Shown in pieces: positions 24,826 through 38,111 of a DNA stretch of 64,000 nucleotides. Below the pieces are notes generated by a model that saw only the letters and a list, made by a program, of their open reading frames with translations, did no database searches and had not been told where the DNA came from. Made by a program: the position numbers and the translations under genes. Numbering within the stretch: position 1 is the first letter of the stretch; each line of letters opens with the position of its first letter. The stretch comes from Lama glama. Lineage: Eukaryota. Location of the stretch: NCBI GenBank assembly GCA_028534125.1, contig CM052817.1:19222001-19286000 (forward strand). The letters run 5' to 3'.

Positions 24826-27498
24826 GTGTAAAGAACAGAAGGGCATCTGATATAGGAACCTTGCTCTATTTTGCATCTAGTTTATCAGATTCTATATTAA
24901 TAATAAAAAAATTATAGTCATGATATCAAAAAGTCAGATAGGAACCATATTTCCTTCTATGGTCCTGTTTAGTCTTACAAAATTGCTCTTACATCAATAA
25001 AATCTATACTTATTTCTTTGCGTGGCTATTTACTAAGCATAGTTGAAGTAGATGGAGAAGACATGGTCACTGCCATATAATGATTTCTCAGAACAGTTTC
25101 GTTTCCCCTACAAAAATGTGATGACTGACTGAGACAAATCTGAGAGGGAGGAGGAAGCAGAGACAGTGGCTTCTTTGTCTTCTATCGGCTATCTCAGCCG
25201 AGTCGACCAGGTCCTGCTGCCCTCTGCATCCGTGTCCCTCACGTGGAGAGCAGGGACCTGTCTTCTCAGCATTCCCACAAACCAGCCCTTCAGTTCTGTG
25301 CTGTAATTTCTGTCGCACCCAATCTTTGGCTTCTTTGTAGAACTTGGTTTTGAGAAGAGGGGGATAATTGTCTCCCAAAGTCTGAAATGGTGTGGCCCAG
25401 CATTTCCCAACCTAAATTAAAAGGCAGAGGAACATAGACAAATACAGTGATGTAACATCTAGCGGTGGAGGAGCTTAGCAATGAAATAAAGTCAGACTCA
25501 GAGATCAGTAACATTTTTTATCATGGATAGAGAGTAGTGTATAAAATTACTCGAGCGAGTGCCTAAAAGCCATTTAAATTGTTGCTAGAGAAGAAAACAG
25601 TCAGGGCTTGGGTAAAAATGGGCCAGTTTTATTCTCAGAGCAGTCTGATCCTTCACTGGGAGAGAGTTTCAGAATACGTTCTTTAAATGTATTAAAATGT
25701 ATGATCCTATCTGGCATATTAAATGATATTCATAGTCTCATATAAATTCTTATTATAAACTACACTAAATGCTAAAGTTTAATGTATTTCCTCTTTTCCC
25801 TGAAGGGGCTGTTTCCACAAAGGAATCATTCAAACCTTTTCTAAGGAGCATAGACTCCTTTAAATATTTAGTAGAGTGTCACTTCTTTTTGAGTCTGATA
25901 AAAGTAAGACTTTCTTTAGTCCTTTCAACATAAAAGAAGCAGTATTACTGACATCATTCTCTCCGTTAGAAGAGTGTCTTCAAATCATCAAAATGAAAAA
26001 AAAAATCACCTTTCTTCTTTAACTGAACTTAGTCTGCTGACCCTGAAAACAATGTTAACCACGTGTATATTTAATATCATAAAGTTTCTATACATTGTAA
26101 TTATTTTTGTTCTCCAGATGAAGGACTGAGTAGTCTAATTTACTGTGAAATACTTTCAACTCTTTAAACATCACATATCCACTGAAAATATTTCAGGAAA
26201 TAGAATTTAAAATGCATGCTTTGGGCTACAGTGCAGAGATCACCAAGTTCAAGCTTCCATCCATGTGACTGATAGATACGAATTGAGCTCTTTCGCATGA
26301 GCCAGGACCTGAGCCAAACAACCAAAGAAATGGGTGGGAACTTGAAGTCTGTGTAAGAGAGTTTGCATGTCATTTCATGAATAAGGGCAGGCACTGGAGT
26401 TTTTTGAAGCAGGAGAGTGACACTAACGTATTTATATCTGAAAAGAATATTCTGTTACCTTCATGGATAACAGCTTGAAGGAAGCCAGTATGAAAATAAC
26501 AATTTCTGTTAAGATGATTTGGACCTCCCAAGGACACTGACCTCTCAAACCTGTTAATTTTCCACATTGTATGGTCACTTATTTTCTTAAACATTTCTGT
26601 AGAAAGTGTCCCTGAGTTTTCTCAGCATTCTTAATGTTCAACAACATCAACCTATGGAAGCTTTACGTGAGGGAAAACCAGTGTGACATAATGGAAATAT
26701 ATGACCGAAAATATTTTAAATCTTTAAAACACATTAAAATACTTTTTATGTATTTAAGAGTATCTTCCCTAATTGGGATTTGTCCAGCCATATACTTCTT
26801 TCTTTGACACAGTAAGATAGCTTGTACGTGGTTTCTAGGAATCAGATACAAATAAGATACACTTTACGAGATGAAGACAGAGAGAATGTCACAGCTCTCA
26901 AGAAACACACTGTCAGTTCTGGACGTCATCATAAGACAAGGACAGACCCATTTTCAGCTGTAAGATCTAGAAGTGCCAATTCTAGTAGTGGACCAAGTTC
27001 CACAGGGAACTGTGCACGGAGTAACTGTGAAAGGAGCTTCATGGAGGAGATAATCTAGAGAGAAGTTGTAAATTAATTAAGTCACTCAACACACAAGTAG
27101 TCCCCAAAATGTGCCTGGCCATGAGCTGGTTGCTGAGTATACAAAAATGGAAGACAGAGAAATGATGCTTTTGGAACTTAAGAAAGGAAGTTCACAATCT
27201 TTTTTCCTAAAATAATTATTATCATCAGGTCCAGGAGACATTGTGTACCTAGATAATATAAATATTCTTCCTGCTGTAAAGAAATAGAAGCTCTGGAAAA
27301 AATCTTTTTTTTTTTTTTAATTCTAATACATCCAACAAAGGAATTGTTCTAGGTACAGATGATAAGTAAGACATACATCTTTCTTCCTTGGACCCATTTC
27401 ATATGACAATGAAGTGAGTTTTTTTAAAGGGTATAAAACTACAAGAACCGAGAGAAGGGGAAGGGAGATAAGCAACATTGGGTGTGTGTCTGTGTGTA

Positions 27499-28007
27499 TG
27501 TTGCCAAGTACAGTTTGCACTTGTGGGGTTAAACAGGCAAGGAAGACCTCATTCAAGCTTACTGTCATAGGAGAAAGAGACTGAACTTTTGAAACAAAAA
27601 GCCGGAGAGTTTTTAAGCCCTGAGGTGAGCTAGTGGACAAGTACTGGAGAGTGTTAGTGGGGAGGTTGGCTAATGTGATTAGGCCATCTGTGTTTGCTAA
27701 TTGACGCTTGTTGAAGTCCGGCTCCCATTGTCCCATAGAGACTGAAAGATAAAGCCTCTATGTCCTTCTATGATTATATTTCAAAGAGATGGCCCCAAGG
27801 TCCTGGAGAAGGACATTCCTGGGTTATAAAACTGGCAAGAGGTTAGGAGAAGATTTGCATTTCAAAGGAATAGAGAAGGACTTAACAATTAAAAGTTTTC
27901 TAAAGTAAATGTTCTAAGAAAAGAGGTGGGGGGGTGCCAGTAGTCAGGAAGAAACCTGTCTCAAATTGAGTTAAGCTGAGGGGAATGTTAAGGCCATTTT
28001 GGTTAAT
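27499..28007 (-). mobile_element. Solo ERV1-class LTR (MER31/MER67-like, tentative family)
   Basis: About 510 bp from tgttg to ggttaata; LTR-like motifs gtttttaagccc, ttaggccatctgtgtttgctaattg and gagatggccccaaggtcctggagaaggacattcctgggttataaaactgg. No clear TSD. Confidence 0.7.
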
Positions 28008-28249
28008 ATATGCATGTGAATATTTTTGTTTTTAGTTTTTTTTTTTAATTTTGATACTAAAATGAAGCAAGGGCAGTATAAAAAAGGACATTATAGCCCA
28101 ATTTTATGAGTTCAAATAAAATCCTGGATTACTAATTAGCAAACCAAGTTCAGCACTGTATGAAAAGGAAGGAAATTATGGCAGAATGAATTCAGTATCT
28201 GCTTTGAAATGAGACATTAAGGAAACAATTTCTAATATAATGGAAATTA

Positions 28250-28830
28250 TGATAAGTGTGTTTGAGACTGTAAACAAGTTGATCTCTTTGGGCCTCAGTT
28301 TTTCCTCTGGCAAATAGAAATAGGTTTGCATCATTGAATGGCTATTATAGGATTAAGTGATACATCTTATATATGGTGTCTAATTCAGTGTCTGGTTAAA
28401 GAAAGCTCAGTAAATAGTTATTGCTGTTAATTAGATAGGACTTCATGAAGAAAATGTGATAAGTTGAACAAATATATACATTGAAATGTGCAGAAATGTG
28501 GCACAGTATTTCTGGAGGATCACAAATTAATGGAGCTATACAATAGACTAAGAACAAATGTGGGGTCAACAGGACAGGCATGTGGAAAGGTAAGACAGAT
28601 CTCAACTGATGAAGGGTAGCATATTCCGTACTGTGGAGATTATGTAATTTATCATGTTGGTATTAAAGAGATTCATTGAGGTATTTAAATAAGAGGATGG
28701 CACAGTGAGATTCAAACGTTAGAAATGACTCTGATGGTAGTCTGGAGGGGGAGGGCAGCACATCTGAACAGTGCATTGAAACATGATAGGCAATCGGTGG
28801 AAGCTGTTGAATGGATGAATGAGTAGTGAA
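28250..28830. mobile_element. MIR (plus, ~28250-28425) followed by L2 fragment (minus)
   Basis: ctctttgggcctcagtttttcctctggcaaatag is MIR; ggcagcacatctgaacagtg and tcaactgatgaagggtagcat are L2-like. Confidence 0.6.
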
Positions 28831-30981
28831 CAAAGAGTTATGTGGTAGTGACATATTCATTAAAAAATTGTTATGAGTCTAGTAGGTGACAGAATTATTG
28901 AAAGAGGTTGGGAGTAGCATCAGAAATAAAATGCAGACCTTGTCTTAAGACATTTACATGTGTGTCTCCCTGTCTAGAAAATGCTACAGTAGAAGTTTGA
29001 GGGCAAGGTTTCCTCCACTTGACAAAGCCGGAGCCAAGGAGTAGAATGGGAGAAACATTAGGCACATCCTAAAAGTATAGAGGCCACATGTTTACTTGCC
29101 TAAACTGTATTCCCTTTCTGGTCAATTCCCCTTTCCCCTTTTCCCTTGGAAAAATAATTGTTGGATCAGGAGGGTGATATGAGGAAGTATATTGACAGCC
29201 GTGTGTAATATATTTTAAAATGGAACTATATCCTTAACTGTTACACATTTCACAGTTTCAAGTTTTTCAAAATGACTATTTTCTTGAAATAAAGTGGTCA
29301 CGTAAAGCAAAGCAAATACAAAAGACGTATTATATATAGTATAAGCAAGTAGTCCACACTCTTTCTCTAACATAATTTGTTGTATTTGCCATGCTCTGAC
29401 CTTGGATCTAACCATGTTCCCAACAAAGGCCCTTAAGAGGTTAACACAGATGATCACATATTTTTTGTGCATTAAAAATCTGAACACAAATGCACGTATA
29501 GAAATAGCAAAGAATATGGCAATAGGTCTATTCCTTAAATTAATAAACACTGTAGAGTCTTCCTGGAATAAATGAGGCAGTATCTAAAGACAGATGTAAC
29601 ATCACAAAACCAGTAACATAATATGTATCTTTCTATTAGTAAGAGTGTAATAAAAGTGTTGTATCTACCAATTATAAAATCATTAAATGGCTTGCTTAAG
29701 ATCACTCTGATAAGGAGTGGTAGACTTGAATTTCAATCAAAATGCAGGTGTTATTTTCTTCTAATTTTTAGAAGATTATTTTATTCACAACCAGGAAATG
29801 ATTGTTTGCTTGTTTAGAGAATGTCTTTAGAGGATCTATATAACTTAGTACTGGCATTGTAAGGCAGAATTAAATTGCATGTTGATAAAACTATACCTTG
29901 AGGAAAGTTTACATGTTTTTTGTAAAACACACAGCTATTTGTAATAATTTATAATACCTTATTTTTAGATAAGTCATTACATTGCAGTATATTGTAATGG
30001 AGAGCGTCTAATACAATGACATGATTTTGTTAGCCACGCATTAAATGTTGATGGTATGAAGAACCATCATGTGTAAAAGAGGGCACATATATTCTTACTA
30101 CACAGGACAGAATTAGAAGTAATAGTTGGAAGTTACAAGGAAGCAGATTTCACCTCCACTTCAGGCACTGTCTAAAATAAGAATCTCCTTATAACTGAGC
30201 TAGTTGCCTGATTAAAAGCAGAGAAATTTCAAGCTGAGAGTTCTAGCATTTTTCTGTGAAGGTGAGAGAAGCAATTGGTGTTTGGGGAAGTCTTGGGTCT
30301 GCTCCCATATGGAGCACAAAGCTTAAACTAGAAAATAGGAGTGTGTTCCGTGTCATGCTCAGTAACAGTTAGTTCACAGCAAGTTTATTCATTTTCTGCA
30401 TTACAAAGTTGCAGGATGTGAATTGGGGCAATTAAGAAAGGTTGTGACAAAGAGTCTGAGAGCAAGTAAACTACATATTGAAAGCAGTTAGCTAGAGGGA
30501 GAAAAGAATGTGAGGAATGAGGTAAACAGATGCAGACATTTGGATAATGCTGATTGGCAGTTTAATGGCTCTTGTCTTCCCCAAATTAGGCATCCAGTGT
30601 TTCTGGAACAGCTTCTATTCTTTCTTAACATATTGGTATACACAGTGTGGCAATTCTGAGGAGGGGAAATCTAGTGAAAAGACTGCGGAGGGCATTAAAT
30701 ACTGGGATTTAGAAGTAATTGGAAGAATTTAGCATGGAAGCTGTACCAGTCAAAGTCCCAGCAAGGAACACATGGTGTACTCAACTGAGATAATCAGAGG
30801 AGAGTTTTACAAAGGAACTTCGGGAAAAGGTATGGCCGTGATGGCAGAAAATTTACAGGGAATATGCAAGACTTCACTGAAAACAGAGCTGTTACTACCC
30901 TACATCCAAAAGGACACAGTTTAGAAGACTTGGAAGGAGAGAATCATGCAGAGCAGAATTTCTCAAACCATCTGTAGTAAA

Positions 30982-31107
30982 TTTGCCAGAGAAAATGCAT
31001 GGAGTATTTGGGACAGATTATGCTAGACAATTTATTCATTGTTTTTTTTTCTGAAATTCAAAATTAAATGGTATATTGTATTTTTAGTTGCAAAATCTGG
31101 CAACCTT
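30982..31107. mobile_element. MER53-like palindromic hAT element (partial) within another old DNA transposon/LTR remnant
   Basis: ttgccaga...tatttgggacagattatgc...tctgaaattcaaaattaaatgg...aaatctggcaacc. Confidence 0.65.
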
Positions 31108-33079
31108 ATCTATGGCGGAAGAACCAAATTTCTGTGTATGTTTGTTTTGTTTTGTTTACTTTCTAATCCTTTGCAAACTGATATTTTTGTAAAAACACAG
31201 TAAAAATAAATTACTAGCAAAGTGAAATAAAAAAGACAGAATGCAAGCTCCACCTTTTAAAGTTAAAACCCAGTAAACCTAAAAGTTGCACATAAAATTA
31301 CAATAAAAGTTTTCAGAGGCTTCTTGTCACCAGCATTCAGACTTTGGGTAGGAGTAATGAAGAAAAGGGTAACTGGGAGGCGGGAGAGGTATAGTGGGAG
31401 GACGCAGGGAGGTACGTCCTGACCTCTTTCTGATACTTTTCTTCCTCATCCCTTAAGATTTTCACTGGCCACAAGGCAAGAGAGCTGCCTAACGCAGTAA
31501 CACAGGTCTCCATCCTGGAATGGAGAGTAAGGTGCAGGAGGATGGAGAATAATATTTGAAGGAAAAGACTAAAAATATTGAACACAGAAGTCCAAAGTTT
31601 CTATCATAAACCGTCATCCAAGTGGATGTGTTTCATTGTCAGGTACTATTATGGTTAATAGCTCAGACAATCATTATTTAAATAAGTTAGCATTCACGTA
31701 CTCCTGGTCTTTCTGAAAGACTAATAATCATAATAACACATTAGTTTTACTTAGTATCTTGGAGAATTCAAAGGGTTGGACTTTTGTTTTTTCCTTTACT
31801 GAGCGAAGAAATTACCAACTGAAAACTTGATCGTTTTAGACTATCCAAATTTGGAATCACTATCATATATTAAGTAGTGCTACAGTCCTTAGATTCCTGG
31901 CCAGAGTGACAGTCATAGAAAAGAGCAGAAGTGTACATTATTAATAAGCATTTGAGCAGTCAACGACCTACTGCACATTAACACTTAGAAGCGTAATTGT
32001 GCGTTTCATATGTTTCTATCCATTCACAGATGAATTATGGTTATATCAGGGGTGGTGTTGAAACTTAAGTTAAATCATCATTTTGAGTCTTCCTTATTCC
32101 ACAGAAAATAATGAATAAGAATGAGCTTGACCAAGAGCTTCAAAAAGATAGATTAGAAGCTGGCACCAGCCCCCAGTTTTATTGCTTTTGTTGTAATTTT
32201 AACTAGTTGCCAATGTAACGTTTAAAAATTATACAAATTGGTAACACTGAAACCACATGCTAGCAAAGCAACAATTACCTGGGAACTGGATAGTTTAGGA
32301 GCGATGTAGACCCAACCCCCCTATACCTGACTTGCTTTCCTTAAAATTGTCTTTCTAGTGTCTGTTGCTACTTTTATCATGATGCTTAAAATTGAACAAA
32401 AAAGAGACCCTGTCTTTCTTTAGTTTGTGTTGTATATAACCTTTTAACATCATAAAACGGTAGGTGGGAAGGTTTGGGGAGTGCAAGCACCTAGAGGGGG
32501 ATTACATCTATTTAAGAATTATTATCCTCAAAATAGACTATGCTGATAAATTACTTAAGAAAATTGTTCAAAATATGAAGGCCTGAGCCCCACCACCTGC
32601 AAATTCTGATTGAATAAGTTCAACATAGTTAGCAAGAGTCTATTTTTAGTGTGTGTCCTAGATATTTAAATCCAAGTGTCTTAAACCATTGTCTAATCAC
32701 AAGATGTCTCACAGCAGGAAATATGTTTATACTGTTTTGACATGTGCTTTACTTATGCGTACAACTGTCCCAGTGGCAATGTCATTTTTCCTATCAAAGT
32801 GCCTAGTGACTCTCTCAATTTCCAGCCCATCAATAACTACACTCGGGCATTCAATCTAAGTATGTCTGAATCTGAAATTCAACCTGCCCTCACCAAACAT
32901 AAAACAAAACCGACTATGGTTCTCTGTTCTACAGTTCAATGGCTGGTACTAGTAGCCCTCGTTTGCCCAAGCTAGAGTCACTTCAGGCACCCTATCTGTA
33001 TCCTTTGCCTAACTCCCAATGCTCCATCAGTGACTAAATTCATATTGTACTTAGGCAGGTCCTGCTAAGTGGATAGTTT

Positions 33080-33717
33080 TGATGTAGGAAAAATGAATGT
33101 GGGGTGTAAGGAGGGCTGTGTCCCAGGTTTCAGTTGAGCCCCTGGGATATGCCCCGCCTAGTGTGGGTCTTTGGCTTCATGCAGGAAAGAATTCAAGAGT
33201 CACAGTTGATTAAGGTAGATTTATTTAGAGAGACATCAAAAGACAAAAGAAAGGCCGCAGTGTGTGGGGGTTGGGTGCTCAGACTAGAGTAGAAGTAGGT
33301 ACACACTCCATAGACAAGAGTGTGGGCCATCTCCGAAGAGGGAGAGAGGGGAGCGGCCACAAGGCACTGTGTTGCCAGTTTTTATGGGCTCGGTGGCTTC
33401 ATATGCTGGTAAGTGGAAGTACTAGTCTAAGTAGCCTAACTAACTAGGGGAAGGGGCTGGGATTCCCAGGAAATTGGCCATTTCCCTCTCTCTGACCTAT
33501 TATGGCTAGCCTTGGGACTGTCATGGCACCTGTGGGCATGTTATTCACCATGTTAATATATTACAATGGGCTTATAATGAAGCTCAAGGTCTACTAGAAG
33601 TCAAATCTCCCACTATCTTGAGCTGCCAGGCCTGCTGGAGCTTGAATCTTTCACCATTCTAGTGTTAATTGCTGTGTTATTCCTTGAATGGCTGTGCCCT
33701 GCCCCCTTCCTGTCTCA
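33080..33717 (-). mobile_element. Solo ERV LTR (class I-like), 638 bp, with 4 bp TSD
   Basis: TG...CA termini (tgatgtagg...tgtctca), TSD gttt at 33076-33079 and 33718-33721, minus-strand AATAAA at ~33220. Confidence 0.85.
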
Positions 33718-34434
33718 GTTTCAAGATGAAAATGCTAACATGAAAGTGCTTTTAATCTATTCTTAACTATTCATAGAACAAAGACCAGGCTCCTTATTTC
33801 ATACACAGATGTAGTTTATAAACAATCTGTCAAACTGTTTTGTCATAGGAGTGCATTAAGGTGCACTTGATAGTTCTTTTTAAATCAACTCATCATTTTA
33901 TTTAAATGCTTATTTCAGCTTCACAACATACATCACAAAGTTCAATAAGTTTATATTAAATTTTTCTTAAGTTATATCAAAATAAATGTATATTTTAAAA
34001 TATTGCTCTGGATAGCTCCTAAAATTTTCTAGTATTTGTATAATAAATGTCTAGAAACATGAGAATCCAAGACAGTTTAATATTTTGCCTTTTCTTCATT
34101 CTCAAACTTTTGTCTTTTCCTTTGCTATGTCCATTGTTTCATGCTCTCTGCCCTGCTGAACTATTTGCAATTTCCTCGTAATTCCAGGTTATTTTATACC
34201 TGAATCTTTTACTCAAGTTGCTCTTTCTCCATGAGCTTATGTACCTCATAGATACTGACTCATCTTTAAAGATCCAGCATCTGGGTTCTATGCTGTATAA
34301 ATTTTCTCTTGACTTCCTTTATTGAAATCAATGGTAGATTTGACTTCTTACCATGCTTCACCCACTTTTCTTAACACTGGTTCTTTTACATAATAATCGT
34401 GGTATTTGTGACACATTTTTAGAGATATATTGTC

Positions 34435-34690
34435 TGCTAGAGGCACAGCATGATATAATAGCTAAGACATTTGGATGTAGATTCAGACTGTGTGGTTTCA
34501 GCGTCCAGCTCTGACAACCACTGGCCATGTGACACGGAGAAGTTTCTTTACTTCTCAGGTGTTTCCTAATCTGCAAAATGTGGGTTATAATTTGTTTAAT
34601 AGAATATGTGAAGAGATTAATTCATGCAATGAGTTTACCATAGTATCCAGTTTGCAATAATCCATCAGTGTGGCTAATATTACAGTAGTA
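34435..34690 (+). mobile_element. Near full-length MIR SINE
   Basis: gaggcacagcatgatataatagctaagacatttggatgtagattcagactgtgtggtttcagcgtccagctctgacaacc...tttcctaatctgcaaaatg. Confidence 0.8.
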
Positions 34691-36205
34691 ATAATTGTAA
34701 CAATAATTCCTTTATTAATATAACACTATGATCTACTTAGAGATTGTATTTTTATATGTCTTACTGAATATTGGAAATCTGTTTAATTACCTGGAATGTC
34801 ATAAATGCTTAATTCATGTTTATTTAAAAAAATGAATTCGTGATTTTATCAGTTAGCATTTAGATAGAATATAGCATCAATAGTTGATTCTTTTTGTCTA
34901 TTTCTATATTCAGGCATACATATAAACTTTTTGAAAAATAATATCTGGATTTGCAACTGTTAAAGTATATATCCAGATATATCTCTAAGTTCCTGAAGAT
35001 AGCTGAGGAAATTGATTGAATTTAATTAACTTCAAGTTGGATCAGTATTTATTGATTGCAGAAGCTTAAATTTGAGATCAAGGCCCTAATTTCCAAAAAG
35101 ACAAAACAGACACATAGAAATACAGGTGCACACTCTAGATAATGTTTATTAGGTTTTTTTTTTTTCCCCGAGGTAGATATAGAGATAAATTCAGATGACT
35201 GTGAGTAAAGGGCATGAGTTACTTCAACCAGTGGAACACCTGTACCTCATTGATTCAGACTGATTACTTAAACATAATGGTGTATCAATTTCAATCTCAA
35301 TGTTTTGTTTTGTTTTGTTTTTCATTTAAAAGTACAGGAAAAGGCGTTTGTTGAAATTCTGTTGTGTGCTTTTCTTTCCTGTTTGAGGTCTACATCACTT
35401 GCTGAATCACATTCAAATAGGCGTACTTTTTGTTGAAGTTTTCACTCCACTAATTATTTGAGTTCAAACAGTCAGAACATCCTACCAACCTGATGCTTGT
35501 TCTACAGTTGACCCTGTCACTCTGAACTAATGAAGGTAAATTATAAAACAATAAATAAATAAATAGCAATTACCCTTGGGTGGCATAAGTGCTGCTTTTA
35601 ATTATTTTAAAGCAAGCTTTTTAGAGCCAATAATATGAACTCATTGTTTGATAAACACATTGGAAAAACAAGAGCTCTCATTTTGGCTTTTTATAAATTT
35701 ATGAGATTACATTAGTGGAAGAACTTAGTCATACAAAGCCTGCTATAACAGAGATGTGTCATCCTGGGGTTAACTCTATAGTAATAGCATTAACTCAGTG
35801 GGAACAAAATGTAATTCTCCAACTTGCTTATCTTGCTTATCTCTGTGGAACAACGTAAGATGCAAAGGGAACTTTAATGAATGTATCTTGTAGATTCAGG
35901 TTCTGACTTACACAGTTCTGCAGCCTGTACAAATATGATTACAGTAACAAAGCAGGTATGTAATGCATTTGCTTTAATGAAAATGGAAGAGATCTTATGG
36001 CATCACTCAGTCTGGGTGATACGGATGAAGTACTGTATTCACTTTTGTGTTTACTAATATACTGCATAAAATTTCCCCAAACTAATGATGAGGAGGAAGA
36101 GAAGGAGGGTACGTATGTGCTGTACTCAGAGAAGGATGGCCAAATAAGCAACCGATTAAGAATGTTGTTTATTATTTTTAAAGGCTGAATAGTATTCCAT
36201 TGTAT

Positions 36206-36341
36206 AATTGGCCCTTGGAAACCTGAGGATACAGAGAACTAACTGTACCACTTCTTTTATATAAAGCACTTGAGCATCTTCAGAGTTTGGTACCCTTGGA
36301 GGTCCTGGAACCAATTTCCCCCAGATATGGAGGGATAATTG
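36206..36341. mobile_element. MER2-like TcMar-Tigger fragment inserted in an old L1, followed by (GT)n
   Basis: aattggccct...cacttgagcatcttcagagtttggta...ggtcctggaaccaatttcccccagatatggagggataattg; (GT)n at 36341-36363. Confidence 0.75.
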
Positions 36342-36707
36342 TGTGTGTGTGTGTGTGTGTGTGGCATTTTGTTCATCCATTCATCTATTTTTTTAAAACA
36401 TGTTTTAATTGAGTAATAGTCATTTTACAATGTTGTGTCAAATTCCAGTGTAGAGCACAATTTTTCAGTTATACATGAACATACATACATTCATTGTCAC
36501 ATTTTTTTTCGCTATGAGCTACCACAAGATCTTGTATATATTTCCCTGTGCTATACAGTATAATCTTGTTTATCTATTCTACATTTTAAAATCCCAGTCT
36601 GTCCCTTCCCACCCCTGCCCCCTTGGCAACCACAAGTTTGTATTCCATGTCTATGAGTCTGCCTCTGTTCTGTATTTACATGTTTTTTTGTTTGTTTGTT
36701 TGTTTTT

Positions 36708-37075
36708 TAAGATTCCACACATGAGTGATCTTATATGGTACCTTTTTTCTCTTTCTAGCTTACTTTCTCAGAACAACACTCTCTAGGACATCCATGTTGC
36801 TGCAAATGGTGTTATGTTGTCGGTTTTTGTGGATGAATAGCATTCCATTGTACAAATACACCACATCTTCTTTATCCAGTCATTTGTTGATGGACATCTA
36901 GGCTGCTTCCATGTCCTGGCTATTGTAAATAGTGCTGCTATGAACACTGGGGTGCAGGTGTCATTTTGAAGTAGGGTTCCTTCTGGATATATGCCCAGGA
37001 GCGGGATTCCTGGGTCATATGGTAAGTCTATTCCTAGTCTTTTGAGGAATCTCCATACTGTTTTCCACAGTGGCT
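36708..37075 (-). pseudogene. LINE-1 ORF2 C-terminal remnant
   Basis: Manual translation PLWKTVWRFLKRLGIDLPYDPGIPLLGIYP...FIAALFTIARTWKQPRCPSTNDWIKKMW, 96 open codons before a TAG at 36785-36783. Confidence 0.92.
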
Positions 37076-37216
37076 TTCCTTGCTTCCCTCTCCCACTCTT
37101 AATGATTTAGATGTCTTCTTTTACAATTTTGTGTTTATTCTATTTGTAATTTATGGTAGTTTTCACCTTACCAGTTATGAGTTTCTCATTTTTGTAGCAT
37201 CCTGCTTCTTTTCTAT

Positions 37217-38111
37217 TTAGAGTAGACCTGTGAATATTTCTTTTAGCATGGGTTTAGTGTTGCTAAACTCTTTTAGTTTGTGCTTGTCTGTGAAGTTCTT
37301 TATCACTCCTTCTATTCTAAAGGATAGCCTTGCTGGATAGAGTATCCTAGGCTGCATCTTTTTTTCAGTCAGGACTTTGAATATATCTTGCGACTCCCTT
37401 CTGGCCTGTAGTGTTTGTGTAGAGAATTCAGCTGAGAGCCTTATGGGGGTTCCCTTGTAACTCACTCTTTGTTTTTCTCTTGCTGCCTTTAGGATCATTT
37501 CTTTATCCTTGACTCTGGCCATCTTGATTATGATATGTCTTGGTGTGAGTCTGCTTGGGTTCTTCCCGTTTGGGACCCTCTGATCCTCCTGTACTTGGAT
37601 ATCTGATTCCTTCTTTAGGTTTGGGAAGTTTTCAGTCATGATTTCTTCCAATACCTCTTCAATCCCCTTTGTTTTTTCTTCCCCTTCTGGAACCCCTATT
37701 ATGCAAAGATTGGCACGCTTTATATTATCCCATACATCCCTTATATTGTTTTCATTGTTTTCTATTTGTTTTTCTCTCAGCTGTTCTGATTGGGTGCTTT
37801 CTGTTGTCTTGTCTTCTAGGTCACTTATTTGTTCCTCTGCATTATCTAGTCTGCTTCGCACAGCCTTTAGGTCAGCTCTCATCTCAGCTAATGAGTTTAC
37901 TAATTCTACTTGGTTCTTCTTTATAGCTTCTATTTCATTTTTGACATATTTTATATCTCTAAACACTATTTCTTTTAGTTCTTTCAGTACTATGATCACT
38001 CCTTTTTTTGAAATCTTGATCTAGTAGGCCATCAATGTCTATTTCCTTGATTATGCTTTCAGGGGATTTCTCTTGATCTTTTAATTGGGGGTGGTTCCTC
38101 TGCTTCTTCAT
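37217..38111 (-). pseudogene. LINE-1 ORF1p (~297 aa if repaired); single +1 frameshift in an A7 run at 38003-38009
   Basis: ATG at 38111 gives MKKQRNHPQLKDQEKSPE...DQDFKK. Removing one A joins it to the 260 aa ORF 37217-37999, which has the coiled coil and the motifs NIKRANLCIIGVPEGEE, TPRHIIIKM, ILKAAREK, GTPIRLSAEFS and ILYPARLSF. Confidence 0.93.

Noticed and set aside
27323..27736. 137 aa minus-strand ORF
   Set aside because: Starts inside a solo LTR and runs into flanking DNA; no gag/pol/env or other similarity.
34941..34980. 10 bp inverted repeat (atatctggat/atccagatat) as a possible RNA hairpin
   Set aside because: Too short and AT-rich; plausible by chance in 64 kb and lacking pre-miRNA-length pairing.
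37638..38024. 128 aa Ser/Phe-rich plus-strand ORF
   Set aside because: Antisense shadow of L1 ORF1.
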